Shown: positions 46,946-56,163, numbered from the stretch's first letter. The stretch: 64,000 nt of DNA from Bacillales bacterium UBA1427 (GCA_002329485.1 DCTZ01000005.1:26332-90331), one strand, 5' to 3'. Notes: generated by a model not told the origin, from the letters alone. A program made the numbers and translations.

Positions 46946-48628
46946 ATGAAAAAAACCGCTTTGGCTTATATTGGGAAAATTACGGTTTTTCTTATTTTAA
47001 TGTTTTTATTGACCGGGTGCAAAACCAAGGTTTCCCCGGAAGATATCGAAAACCTAAAACAGCGGATTCCCGATATGGTTTTTTTGGGCGACGAAATAAA
47101 TTTACCAACACGTATTAATAAAACCCAAATTACTTTTTCCGTAAACAAGGAAGGATATTTCGACGAAACCGGAAAAGTAATCAAAGCGGAAACCCACGAC
47201 GTGACTTTGATTATTACGGTTTTCGGAAACAAAACACCATTGTTTGAGAAAAAAGCGATTCTTTCCCAGAAAATCGAGGTTTTGTTTCAGGAAGTCGAAA
47301 AATACGTTCGTTCCTTCATCCGCCACCGGACAGGAAGCGATATTTATCTCGTTTCCGAATATTACGATTACGACGATATCTCCTTTGTCTATCAATCGAA
47401 CCGTCCCGATATCATCGACCATGACGGAACGCATTATGCCCACGATTACGACGAACCGGTTACAATCGAAGTTACGGTCAATGCGCGCGGGAAAACCCAC
47501 CGGTTTTCCGTCGAGGTCGAAGCGGTTGGTTTGCCGGACGGCGAAAAACTGAACCGCGTATCCGATTGGCTTGACGAATATATGGAAACGATCGAATTTA
47601 CCGACGATTTTGAACTTCCGAAAACCCACCCCGACTACGGCGGAACAATCAAATGGGTTGCATCCGATCCGTTTGTCGTAATCGGGCAAAACCGTTTCTT
47701 TTTTCCGAGGGAAGAAGAAAGAGTCGTCCTGATGACCCAAATCACTTTCCCCGGCGGAGATAAGCAAAAAGAATATATATTCGATTTGCCTGCTTCGTCA
47801 ATGGATGACTTTTCGCGAGCCAAAAGGTTTTTGGAAATCTCTTTCGAAGAACAAATGGATGACTTTTTCGTTTTGTATGACGGTTCTTCACCCGACATTA
47901 CCCGATTCCTTTTGGAAGGAGATGCCAAGAACAAACTGTACGGGGCAAAAAGAGAAGAACTCGATTTGGCTAATTTGGACAAATGGTTTTATCCTGGTTA
48001 CGAAAAACCGAACGACGACAATCCGTTGTTTATCGTGGTGCACGAAACCGGCATCAGGACCCCAGGAATCAATGCCAAGTATTACAGCGAATTCCAATAC
48101 AACAAAGCCTATGTCGCAGACGAAGTGGACGCCTGGACCTCGTGGCATTATACCGTTGACGATCATTCCATATATCAGAGCTATCTGGACCAAAGCGAAT
48201 GCTGGAATGCCGGGGACGGGGATATTTACGGAATCGGCATCGAAATGTGCATAAACGCTGACGGCAATTACAACGCTTCCTTAATCAATAACACCCGTCT
48301 GATTGCTTCGCTTTTGATTAAGCACAATTTGGGCATGAAAAGTTTGAAAATGCATCACGATTATTCGGCCAAACCGTGTCCGGAAACCATGCTTCAAAAC
48401 AGGTTGTGGTTCAATTTTTTGAAAATGATTGCCTACGAATATGTCTCCCAGGCACTACTTTCGCAGTTTGAAATCACATATACTTACGATTTGATTGAGG
48501 GTCTTTCTTCCTGGCCGATTGAACAGGTCATATATAATGAAGGCGTAACAGTCGATTCGGTCCAAAATATCAAGGTCGAAGTCGACGGAAGCGAACTCAA
48601 TTTCCAAATCCGCGTTTCGGCAAAGTGA
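46946..48628 (+). CDS. Lipoprotein with three Ig-like repeats and an Amidase_2 domain, paralog 2
   Basis: MKKTALAYIGKITVFLILMFLLTGC (lipobox). It is colinear with paralog 1 along its whole length (for example VEAVGLPDGEKLNRVSDWLDEY...KTHPDYGGTIKWVASDPFVVI and IVVHETG...WHYTVDDHSIYQSY...GIGIEMCINADGNYNASL...HHDYSAKPCPETM). Confidence 0.8.
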   Translation: MKKTALAYIGKITVFLILMFLLTGCKTKVSPEDIENLKQRIPDMVFLGDEINLPTRINKTQITFSVNKEGYFDETGKVIKAETHDVTLIITVFGNKTPLFEKKAILSQKIEVLFQEVEKYVRSFIRHRTGSDIYLVSEYYDYDDISFVYQSNRPDIIDHDGTHYAHDYDEPVTIEVTVNARGKTHRFSVEVEAVGLPDGEKLNRVSDWLDEYMETIEFTDDFELPKTHPDYGGTIKWVASDPFVVIGQNRFFFPREEERVVLMTQITFPGGDKQKEYIFDLPASSMDDFSRAKRFLEISFEEQMDDFFVLYDGSSPDITRFLLEGDAKNKLYGAKREELDLANLDKWFYPGYEKPNDDNPLFIVVHETGIRTPGINAKYYSEFQYNKAYVADEVDAWTSWHYTVDDHSIYQSYLDQSECWNAGDGDIYGIGIEMCINADGNYNASLINNTRLIASLLIKHNLGMKSLKMHHDYSAKPCPETMLQNRLWFNFLKMIAYEYVSQALLSQFEITYTYDLIEGLSSWPIEQVIYNEGVTVDSVQNIKVEVDGSELNFQIRVSAK

Positions 48629-48694
48629 GGAAAAAAACGACTGACAACTAAGGGGAGCGGATTTTTTCCTCAAGTTAAATCCTATTTATTTCTT

Positions 48695-48722
48695 TTACAA
48701 AAAGTCTTAGCTATGATATAAT
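48695..48722 (+). promoter_or_regulatory. Sigma-A promoter for tmk-holB-ricT-yabB-rsmI
   Basis: TTACAA (48695-48700), 16 nt including an extended TG, TATAAT (48717-48722). Confidence 0.6.
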
Positions 48723-48749
48723 TATTGTAATTAGGCGGAGGAATAAATC

Positions 48750-49391
48750 ATGAACGGATTGTTTATTACCATCGAAGGAAACGACGGAAGCGGAAAAACA
48801 ACGATTATCAACGGAATCAAGAAAATGCTGAACGAAAAAGGCATTGATTATATTCAAACTCGGGAACCCGGCGGAAGCGAAATAGCGGAAAAAATCCGTC
48901 AGGTCATTTTGGACAAAAACAACGACAAGATGGATGCCCGCACCGAAGCTTTGCTTTATGCTGCGAGCCGCCGTCAACATATCGTCGAAGTAGTCCTGCC
49001 GGCCTTAAAAGCCGGAAAACTGGTTCTTTGCGACCGGTTTGTCGACAGCTCCCTGGCTTATCAGGGGTATGCGAGAGGCATCGGCATCGATGAAGTATAC
49101 AAAATGAACCAGTTTGCGACCGAAGGACTTTTACCAGATCTGACGATTTACTTAACCGTTACCCCTCAGGTCGGAATCAAAAGAAAATCGGCCCAAAAGG
49201 AATTGGACCGTTTGGAAAGAGAAAATCTCGGCTTTCACGAAAAAGTCTACCAGGGATATCAGAAAGTTGTGGAAATGTTCCCGGACCGAATCGTTGCCAT
49301 CGACGGGGAACGCGATGCCCAGGCGGTTATTGCCGATACGGTCGTCGTGGTCGAAGCGTTTTTGAATCAGAGGTTGAACAAAAATGACTGA
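48750..49391 (+). CDS. tmk: Thymidylate kinase
   Basis: MNGLFITIEGNDGSGKTT...TREPGG...CDRFVDSSLAYQG. Confidence 0.95.
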   Translation: MNGLFITIEGNDGSGKTTIINGIKKMLNEKGIDYIQTREPGGSEIAEKIRQVILDKNNDKMDARTEALLYAASRRQHIVEVVLPALKAGKLVLCDRFVDSSLAYQGYARGIGIDEVYKMNQFATEGLLPDLTIYLTVTPQVGIKRKSAQKELDRLERENLGFHEKVYQGYQKVVEMFPDRIVAIDGERDAQAVIADTVVVVEAFLNQRLNKND

Positions 49392-50355
49392 CTTCGCGAA
49401 ATTGTTTGATTACCAACCAGAGATCGTGTCCGCCTTAACCAAAAGTTTTAAGAAAAAACGTCTTGTTCATGCCTATTTGTTCGAAGGCCAAAAAGGCACG
49501 AGGAAAACGGATGCCGCGGTGTATCTTTCAGCCCTCCTGTTGTGCCAAAGCGACAATCCGCCTTGCGGGGTCTGTCCCAACTGCCTTAAGGCAATGAATC
49601 TGTCCCACGGGAATATCTTTATCGTCGAACCGGAAAACGACGTCATCAAAAAAGACCAAATCGAAGCATTGCTTCATGAACTTTCATCGACATCTTTGTT
49701 TGACGGCAGCCGGATATATATAATCAAAGAAGCGCATCTGATGAATGCGGCTGCTTCCAATGCTTTGCTTAAGTTTTTGGAAGAACCTCATCCCCAACAT
49801 TATCTGATTTTATTGTCGACTCAACCGCACCTATTGCTCGATACGATCAAATCGCGGGTGCAGACATTCCATTTCAATCCGATTTCGAAGAAAAAGATGA
49901 CCAAGAATCTTACGGACAAGGGAATCGAAAAAGATATCGCCTATTGCCTTGCCCATATCACCTCCAGCGAAGAAGAAGCGGAAGAACTCATCAAAAGCGG
50001 AGAAATTATCGATATCGTGGCTTTGGCCAAAGATATTCAGAAAGCCAAAAACAAAAAACAGGATCTTTATCTGGCTTTTTTGAACAGAGGCCGCTTTCTG
50101 TTTGGCGAAGGAATTTTGGTTTCCCACCATCAGATGTTTTTCGATGTGCTCACGCTGATTGTGAGAGAAAAAATCAAATCCGTTCACGGCGACGAAGAGT
50201 TGTTTTTTGCGGAGTGTCTGAAAAACGTCGACAAAAAAATAGAAACTCCCGACGAACTCATCCGTCAGTTGGAAGTTTTGAACAAATATCAGGAACGCTT
50301 GAAATACCATGTCAATATGGAACTCTTGTACGCGAGTATGTTTCTAGAATTTTAG
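49384..50355 (+). CDS. holB: DNA polymerase III delta' subunit
   Basis: LVHAYLFEGQKGTRKTDAA...CGVCPNC (Zn module)...ASNALLKFLEEP...TIKSRVQ. Confidence 0.9.
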   Translation: MTDFAKLFDYQPEIVSALTKSFKKKRLVHAYLFEGQKGTRKTDAAVYLSALLLCQSDNPPCGVCPNCLKAMNLSHGNIFIVEPENDVIKKDQIEALLHELSSTSLFDGSRIYIIKEAHLMNAAASNALLKFLEEPHPQHYLILLSTQPHLLLDTIKSRVQTFHFNPISKKKMTKNLTDKGIEKDIAYCLAHITSSEEEAEELIKSGEIIDIVALAKDIQKAKNKKQDLYLAFLNRGRFLFGEGILVSHHQMFFDVLTLIVREKIKSVHGDEELFFAECLKNVDKKIETPDELIRQLEVLNKYQERLKYHVNMELLYASMFLEF

Positions 50356-50364
50356 GAGGTAAGT

Positions 50365-51228
50365 GTGGTTACTATTGTCGGAATTCAGTTTAAAGGAGTC
50401 GGCCGTATTTATTATTTCGATCCGGCCGGGGAAGAATATAAAGTAAACGATTATGTGATTGTAGAAACAGTTCGCGGTTTGGAATTGGGTAAGGTGATTA
50501 TCCCCAACCAGTTGATCGATGAAGCATCAATCGAAACAGAGTTGAAACCGATTGTACGCCGAGCTACCGAAGCCGATTTGGAGCAGGAAAAACGCAACCA
50601 GGAACAGGCAATCCACAGTTTCGATTTTTTTAAGAATGCGGTGGAAAAATCCGGATTGGAAATGAAGCCGCTCTATTGCGAATATACCATCGACCGTTCC
50701 AAAGTAATCTTTTATTATACCGCCGACGACCGCGTGGATTTCCGCGATTTGTTGAAAGTTCTAACACCGGAATTTGCCATGAGAGTTGAATTGAGACAAA
50801 TCGGTCCGCGGGAAGCGGCCCGTTGCGTCGGAGGTTTGGGATCCTGCGGAAGGCCGCTTTGCTGCGCCACCCATCTACGGGATTTCAATGTGGTAACCAT
50901 GAAAATGGCCAAAGACCAGCAAATGAGTTTGAATACCACCAAAATCAGCGGAGCCTGCGGTAAACTGATGTGCTGTATCGCTTACGAAAGCGAGCTTTAT
51001 CAGGAAATCAAAAAGGAAATGCCGCCGATCAATTCCTGGGTCAAAACACCGACATGTGATTTGTGCAAAGTCGTCGGTTTGGACTTTTTGAAAAAAACGG
51101 TCAAAACCTTGGAAGGCGAAGCGATTGTTCCGGTAACCCATCCGCTTCACGATGTGGAATTGATTAAAGATAAAGATAACAGAGAAATCAAAGAAAAGAA
51201 CCATGAGTATGAAGGAAGTAATCAATGA
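50365..51228 (+). CDS. ricT: PSP1-domain protein RicT (YaaT, stage 0 sporulation / RNase Y regulator)
   Basis: VGIQFKGVGRIYYFDPAGEEYKVNDYVIVETVRGLELGKV...CGRPLCC...CGKLMCC. GTG start after AGGAGG. Confidence 0.9.
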   Translation: MVTIVGIQFKGVGRIYYFDPAGEEYKVNDYVIVETVRGLELGKVIIPNQLIDEASIETELKPIVRRATEADLEQEKRNQEQAIHSFDFFKNAVEKSGLEMKPLYCEYTIDRSKVIFYYTADDRVDFRDLLKVLTPEFAMRVELRQIGPREAARCVGGLGSCGRPLCCATHLRDFNVVTMKMAKDQQMSLNTTKISGACGKLMCCIAYESELYQEIKKEMPPINSWVKTPTCDLCKVVGLDFLKKTVKTLEGEAIVPVTHPLHDVELIKDKDNREIKEKNHEYEGSNQ

Positions 51229-51961
51229 TTTATTGGGATATGAAGGCTTGAAAATCATTCAGCGGCCGGATATATTCAATTTTTCCCTTGACTCGACGCT
51301 TCTGGCCTCGTTTGCGACGATTAACAAAGCCGATAAAATGATTGTTGATTTGGGGTGTGGCAATGCGCCCATTCCCCTTTTTTTGTCTCTTAGAACCAAG
51401 GCGAAAATCTACGGTATCGAAATTCAGCCGGAGATAGCGGATCTTGCCAAACGGAGCGTCGAATTGAACAAACTGGAAAACCAGATTACCATCCTCGAGG
51501 AAGACATCAAAAACGCCTATCTTAAACTCGGGGTATCCTGTTTCGATGTCGTCACATGCAATCCTCCCTATTTTATATATAAGGAAACAAGCAATATCAA
51601 CAAAAACGATTATCTGACGATTGCCCGCCACGAAGTCAAGATTACTTTGGCCGAAGTGTTGATCAGCGCCAATCGTCTTTTGAAAGAAGGCGGACGCCTG
51701 GCGATGGTGCACCGGACCGACCGGTTAATCGATGTATTGGATGCTTTCCGGAAATACGGCATCGAACCGAAGCGTCTCCGTTTCGTTTATCCGAAACAGT
51801 CTTCGAAGGAAAGTCTGATAATTTTGCTCGAAGGCATGAAAAGCAAAGGCAAAGGGAATCTTAAAGTCCTTCCTCCGCTTTATGTCTACAACGAAAACAA
51901 TACTTATACCGACGAAATCCTGGAAATTTTTCGGTACCGCGGGGAGGTGGTGAAAAAGTGA
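51203..51961 (+). CDS. yabB: SAM-dependent methyltransferase, YabB/TrmN6 (tRNA m6A37)-like
   Basis: IIQRPDIFNFSLDSTLLASF...VDLGCGNAPIPL...VTCNPPYF (NPPY motif). Overlaps the ricT end by 26 nt. Confidence 0.85.
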   Translation: MSMKEVINDLLGYEGLKIIQRPDIFNFSLDSTLLASFATINKADKMIVDLGCGNAPIPLFLSLRTKAKIYGIEIQPEIADLAKRSVELNKLENQITILEEDIKNAYLKLGVSCFDVVTCNPPYFIYKETSNINKNDYLTIARHEVKITLAEVLISANRLLKEGGRLAMVHRTDRLIDVLDAFRKYGIEPKRLRFVYPKQSSKESLIILLEGMKSKGKGNLKVLPPLYVYNENNTYTDEILEIFRYRGEVVKK

Positions 51962-52818
51962 AAAGACAAAAATCTTTCGCAAACGACAATGCCAAACTGT
52001 ATATCGTCTCCACTCCCATCGGCAATTTGGAAGATATCACTTTACGAGCCATCAATACCCTGAAAACGGTTGATTTGATTTACTGCGAAGATACGAGAAA
52101 CACCGTAAAACTCTTAAACCACTACGATATCAAAACCAAAATGAAAAGTTTCCATTTGTTTAACGAAAACGAAATAACGTCCGAAGTAATCGGACAAATC
52201 AAAAACGGACTGAACATCGCCTTGGTGAGCGATGCGGGGAGTCCTTGCATCAGCGATCCCGGCTGGATTCTGGTAAGCGAAGCTATCAGAAACGATATCG
52301 ACGTCATCGTCGTTCCAGGAGTAGTCGCCGGAATTACGGCTTTGGTTGCTTCCGGATTATCCACCGAACGGTTTACGTTTTACGGCTTTTTGTCCAGCAA
52401 ACAAAAGAAAAGAACGGAAGAACTAAAGGAATTGAAGAACCGCACCGAAACAGTAATTCTTTACGAAGCTCCCCATCGCATCAAAGCCACGCTTGAGGAT
52501 ATCGATGCGATAATGCCGGAAAGACAAATCGTGCTTGCTCGGGAACTGACCAAAAAGTTTGAGGAATACTCTCGCGGAACCGCACGAGAAATTCTCGAAG
52601 AACTGGACGTTGTTAAAGGCGAAATGGTTATTGTTCTGGAAGGAAACAAAGAAACCGAAAAGGACGAAGAGCTGATTAACCTGAGCATCGAAGAACATTA
52701 CCGGTTTTATCTTGATCAGGGCATGGATAGTAAAACCGCTTTAAAGCAGGTTGCGACCGACCGGGGGATTCCGAAAAGAGATATATATCTGACAATGTTT
52801 AAAAAAGAAGCCAAATGA
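51958..52818 (+). CDS. rsmI: 16S rRNA (cytidine1402-2'-O)-methyltransferase
   Basis: LYIVSTPIGNLEDITLRAINTLKTVDLIYCEDTRNT...SDAGSPCISDPG. GTG start overlaps the yabB stop. Confidence 0.93.
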   Translation: MKRQKSFANDNAKLYIVSTPIGNLEDITLRAINTLKTVDLIYCEDTRNTVKLLNHYDIKTKMKSFHLFNENEITSEVIGQIKNGLNIALVSDAGSPCISDPGWILVSEAIRNDIDVIVVPGVVAGITALVASGLSTERFTFYGFLSSKQKKRTEELKELKNRTETVILYEAPHRIKATLEDIDAIMPERQIVLARELTKKFEEYSRGTAREILEELDVVKGEMVIVLEGNKETEKDEELINLSIEEHYRFYLDQGMDSKTALKQVATDRGIPKRDIYLTMFKKEAK

Positions 52819-52863
52819 AATCGAATTTATTTGATTTCACTAAGCTTCTTTTTTCGTTTATAA

Positions 52864-54285
52864 TTATTTGAGTTTGCGAACAATTTCATAAATAGTTTCG
52901 ACATCGGAATAGCTTTGCTTTATTCCTTTTTCGGTCACGGTCGTTTCTCTGCCTTTTCCGGTTACGAGGACAATGTCTCCGGGACCCGACATGGCAATCC
53001 CTAAAGAGATGGCGCTTTTCCGGTTTCCGATTTTGGAATAATTGGTTTTGGTAACTTCGGAAGTCATTTGGTCGATGATTTCTTCCGGGTTTTCGTCATA
53101 CGGGTCTTCGGTCGTAAACACCACGTAATCCGCAAGCTCAGTGGCGATTTTTCCCATCAGCGGCCGCTTGGTCTGATCTTTGTTTCCAGTTGCCCCGCAA
53201 ACGATAATCAGTTTACCATCTGTCTTTTTTCTTGCTTCGGTTAACAGATTCGCGATGGCATTTGGCGTATGGGCAAAATCCACATATATATCCGCTTTGT
53301 CGACGGTCGCGATTTTTTCCAGTCTTCCGGGAACAACAGGGGTGTTTGCCAAGCGCTTTTTGATTACCGATAAAGGGATTTCTTCTTTCAAGGCAATGAC
53401 GATTCCCGGCAAAGCATTTGCCAGATTGTAAAGTTCGGGTTTGTTCAGTTTGAACCCCTGATATAAATTGCTCCCTGCTTTTATGTCAAAGGTCAAATGG
53501 TTTTGTTTCCTTTCGATATTGATGGCTTGGAAGTCCGAAGGTTTTTCGATACTGTAAGTTATCAGGTTGCTAAAACTTTTAAAACGATTCGCATATATAT
53601 CGTCTTTGTTGACTATCGCCAGACCGTCAGGCTTAAGCTGTCTGAAAAGCCGAAACTTGGCCTCGAAGTATTCTTCCATCGATTTGTGGGTGTTTAAGTG
53701 TTCGTGGCTGAGGTTTGTGTATACCCCATAATCAAACCGGTAGGGTTCGATTCTTTTGCCGATGATTCCTTCGGAGGAAACTTCCATGGTGACGTGGGTG
53801 ATCCCACGTTCTACAAATTCGTGCAACAAGCGGTAGGATTCGGCAAGAAGAGGCGTAGTGAAAAGATTAAAGCGGGATTCATTTTGATAAAATATTCCCG
53901 TCGTTCCCATAACTGCCGTAGAAAAACGGCTCTTAAGCAAATGATCAATAATCGTGCAGGAAGTGGTTTTTCCGTCGGTTCCCGTGACACCCGTCAAAGT
54001 CAGGTTGTTGAAGGGTTCGCCGTAAAAGATTTTCAAAATACGCAACAGTTCCGAAAAAGGATTTTCTGCGACAACAACCGGAACCGTAGCTTGGTAATAA
54101 GGCGCATCCAAAACAACCGCGCTTGCGCCTTTTTGCGTTGCTTCGATGATAAACTCATCGCCCTTGAAATGTTGTCCTTGTAACGGAACAAACAAAAAAC
54201 CGGGTTGAACAAAACGGGTGTCTGTTGCAATTCCGGTAATTTGTGCATCTTGATTAACTTGGGGAAACAGTTCTTTTAAACGCAC
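52864..54285 (-). CDS. murE: UDP-MurNAc-L-Ala-D-Glu:amino-acid ligase MurE (third-position substrate unclear)
   Basis: ITGIATDTRFVQPGFLFVPLQG...GVTGTDGKTT...NLSHEHLNTH...TKRPLMG. The canonical DNPR position reads EDPY (53098-53109). Confidence 0.88.
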   Translation of the reverse strand: MRLKELFPQVNQDAQITGIATDTRFVQPGFLFVPLQGQHFKGDEFIIEATQKGASAVVLDAPYYQATVPVVVAENPFSELLRILKIFYGEPFNNLTLTGVTGTDGKTTSCTIIDHLLKSRFSTAVMGTTGIFYQNESRFNLFTTPLLAESYRLLHEFVERGITHVTMEVSSEGIIGKRIEPYRFDYGVYTNLSHEHLNTHKSMEEYFEAKFRLFRQLKPDGLAIVNKDDIYANRFKSFSNLITYSIEKPSDFQAINIERKQNHLTFDIKAGSNLYQGFKLNKPELYNLANALPGIVIALKEEIPLSVIKKRLANTPVVPGRLEKIATVDKADIYVDFAHTPNAIANLLTEARKKTDGKLIIVCGATGNKDQTKRPLMGKIATELADYVVFTTEDPYDENPEEIIDQMTSEVTKTNYSKIGNRKSAISLGIAMSGPGDIVLVTGKGRETTVTEKGIKQSYSDVETIYEIVRKLK

Positions 54286-54324
54286 AAGAATTCACCGTCT
54301 ATATTATATGGAGAATTCCCGCGT

Positions 54325-55971
54325 TTAATGTAAAGGAATAAGAAAGGAAGTAGCCGTAAAGTTTTTGAAAAAGCAGATATATATTTCCTTTTCGCTTGTT
54401 ACAATCAAACCGTTGCGATAGAAATCTTCTTTGGTAAAGGGTTTGATTTTATCTTCGACCAAAGGAAGTAGTTCGTGCTTTTCGATTATTTTAAAATCTT
54501 TCCACCATTTCTTCGGTCTGGTTTTCGCTTTGTCCAAATAATCCTGGATAACCAAAAAGGTTAGTTTTTCGGAATATCCGGGCAAGGTTTCACTCAGGAA
54601 GTTAGCGAATAAGCTGTACAGAGTGTCCCGCTGATAGGACGAAAAGGAAAACTTTTGATCCTGCAAATAACCGTAGAAAGCCAAAAAGAAGCGGTACCAG
54701 GAAGCAATCAAGCGGTTTAGAAAGAGAAAATCCAAAGTCTTGGGAAACCATTTGGAGTTGTAAATTTTGTTCAAAACGAACTCGACTTTCTTGATTTCGC
54801 TTAAGTCGTTTTCGCTTAACAGATTGTTTCTGATAATTTCGTACGGGGGAATTTTGTGGTATTTGTAGCCGAATTCATCAACCAAATCAAGCATCCTGGT
54901 ACCTCTCAAAAACTTCAGAAAGCCCAGCTGCAACTCGGTAGGTCGCCAGGAAATGACCTCATCAAAGGAAAAAATTGCGGATTCTTTGGTCTCAAAAGGC
55001 AGTCCAACAATGAGGTCAAGGTGCAGTTCGATGTTGGAATTTTGTCTCAAAGCTAGGATATTTTTCTTTAGCAATTGCATGTCCTGTCTGCGATTTACGG
55101 CTGCGTTTACCCTGTCGTTTGTCGATTGAATTCCGATTTCAAAACGGATAAAACGCTGCTTTACGGTCAATAAATAACCGATTACCTCTTTGTCCAAAAG
55201 GTCGGCCACGATTTCGAACTGAAAAACCGATTCGATGTTTTCGCTTTCGATCAATTTTAGAATGGTTAGAAAATACTTTTTGTTGATATTGAAGGTACGG
55301 TCCAAAAATTTGACAACGGGAACCCGCGCTTCGATGGCGTTTCTGATAATGTTGACAACATCCTCAAGCGGAAAAAAGCGGACCCGTTTTTCTGCCGAGG
55401 AAAGGCAGTAACTGCAGTTAAACGGACAACCCCTGCTCGATTCGAGATACAATATCCGTTTTTGGTAATCGGTAACGGTTAAAGGGGCAATTTTGATTTT
55501 GTTTAAATCGGCCAATACCATCGGGGTTGCGATCAGTTTTCCGTCTCGGATAAAGGATAACGAAGGAACCGAAGCCAAAACGGGTTCGTTTATTTCTTCG
55601 TTTAGAACCTTAAGGAGTCTGTCGAACGCCACTTCGCCTTCGCCTCTGATCAAAAAGTCGGCTTTGGTTTCGTTCAGAAAATACTCCGCATCGTAACTTA
55701 CTTCCGGTCCTCCCAAAAGAATTTTGATATGGGGATGATAGGTTTTAAAAAGCCGGGTTAACTTGGTTACCAAAGTAATATTCCACAAATAACAGCTGAA
55801 GCCGATTAACCCCGGGTTTTCCCCGATGATGGCGTGATAAATTTTGTCAATGCTTTCTTTGATTGTGAATTCCAGCACTTTTACTTCGTAGGATGTATTT
55901 GCTTTTAATTGGTACAAAGCGATGGACGGATGGATGTATTTGGCATTGATTCCGACAAGAACGGTTTTCAT
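54325..55971 (-). CDS. B12-binding-domain radical SAM protein with DUF4080-like C-terminal region
   Basis: MKTVLVGINAKYIHPSIALYQL (B12-like N-domain), SSRGCPFNCSYCLS (CxxxCxxC), long C-terminal helical region. Confidence 0.8.
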   Translation of the reverse strand: MKTVLVGINAKYIHPSIALYQLKANTSYEVKVLEFTIKESIDKIYHAIIGENPGLIGFSCYLWNITLVTKLTRLFKTYHPHIKILLGGPEVSYDAEYFLNETKADFLIRGEGEVAFDRLLKVLNEEINEPVLASVPSLSFIRDGKLIATPMVLADLNKIKIAPLTVTDYQKRILYLESSRGCPFNCSYCLSSAEKRVRFFPLEDVVNIIRNAIEARVPVVKFLDRTFNINKKYFLTILKLIESENIESVFQFEIVADLLDKEVIGYLLTVKQRFIRFEIGIQSTNDRVNAAVNRRQDMQLLKKNILALRQNSNIELHLDLIVGLPFETKESAIFSFDEVISWRPTELQLGFLKFLRGTRMLDLVDEFGYKYHKIPPYEIIRNNLLSENDLSEIKKVEFVLNKIYNSKWFPKTLDFLFLNRLIASWYRFFLAFYGYLQDQKFSFSSYQRDTLYSLFANFLSETLPGYSEKLTFLVIQDYLDKAKTRPKKWWKDFKIIEKHELLPLVEDKIKPFTKEDFYRNGLIVTSEKEIYICFFKNFTATSFLIPLH

Positions 55972-56134
55972 ACTAATTACCTCGAAAATAGTATACCATA
56001 TTTGACCGATTAATTGTTTTTTATTGCCACAGGGAGCGAATTTGGTGATACGACTTTGAAAATCGGGTTAAAATAATGGAAACGTATTCACCGAAAAATT
56101 GAAAATTCCGAAGAAAATCACTTGATAATATTAT

Positions 56135-56163
56135 TTGCATAATCGGGTAAGTTGTGCTATAAT
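56135..56163 (+). promoter_or_regulatory. Sigma-A promoter for PFOR gene
   Basis: TTGCAT (56135-56140), 17 nt, TGcTATAAT (-10 at 56158-56163). It lies inside the spurious 5' extension of the track ORF. Confidence 0.7.

Noticed and set aside
48627-48672. A hairpin after amidase paralog 2 (GAGGAAAAAA...TTTTTTCCTC) as a terminator feature.
   Set aside because: The 10-bp stem is real, but the loop is about 25 nt and no T-tract follows the 3' arm. It may function, but I could not support it to the standard of the other terminators.
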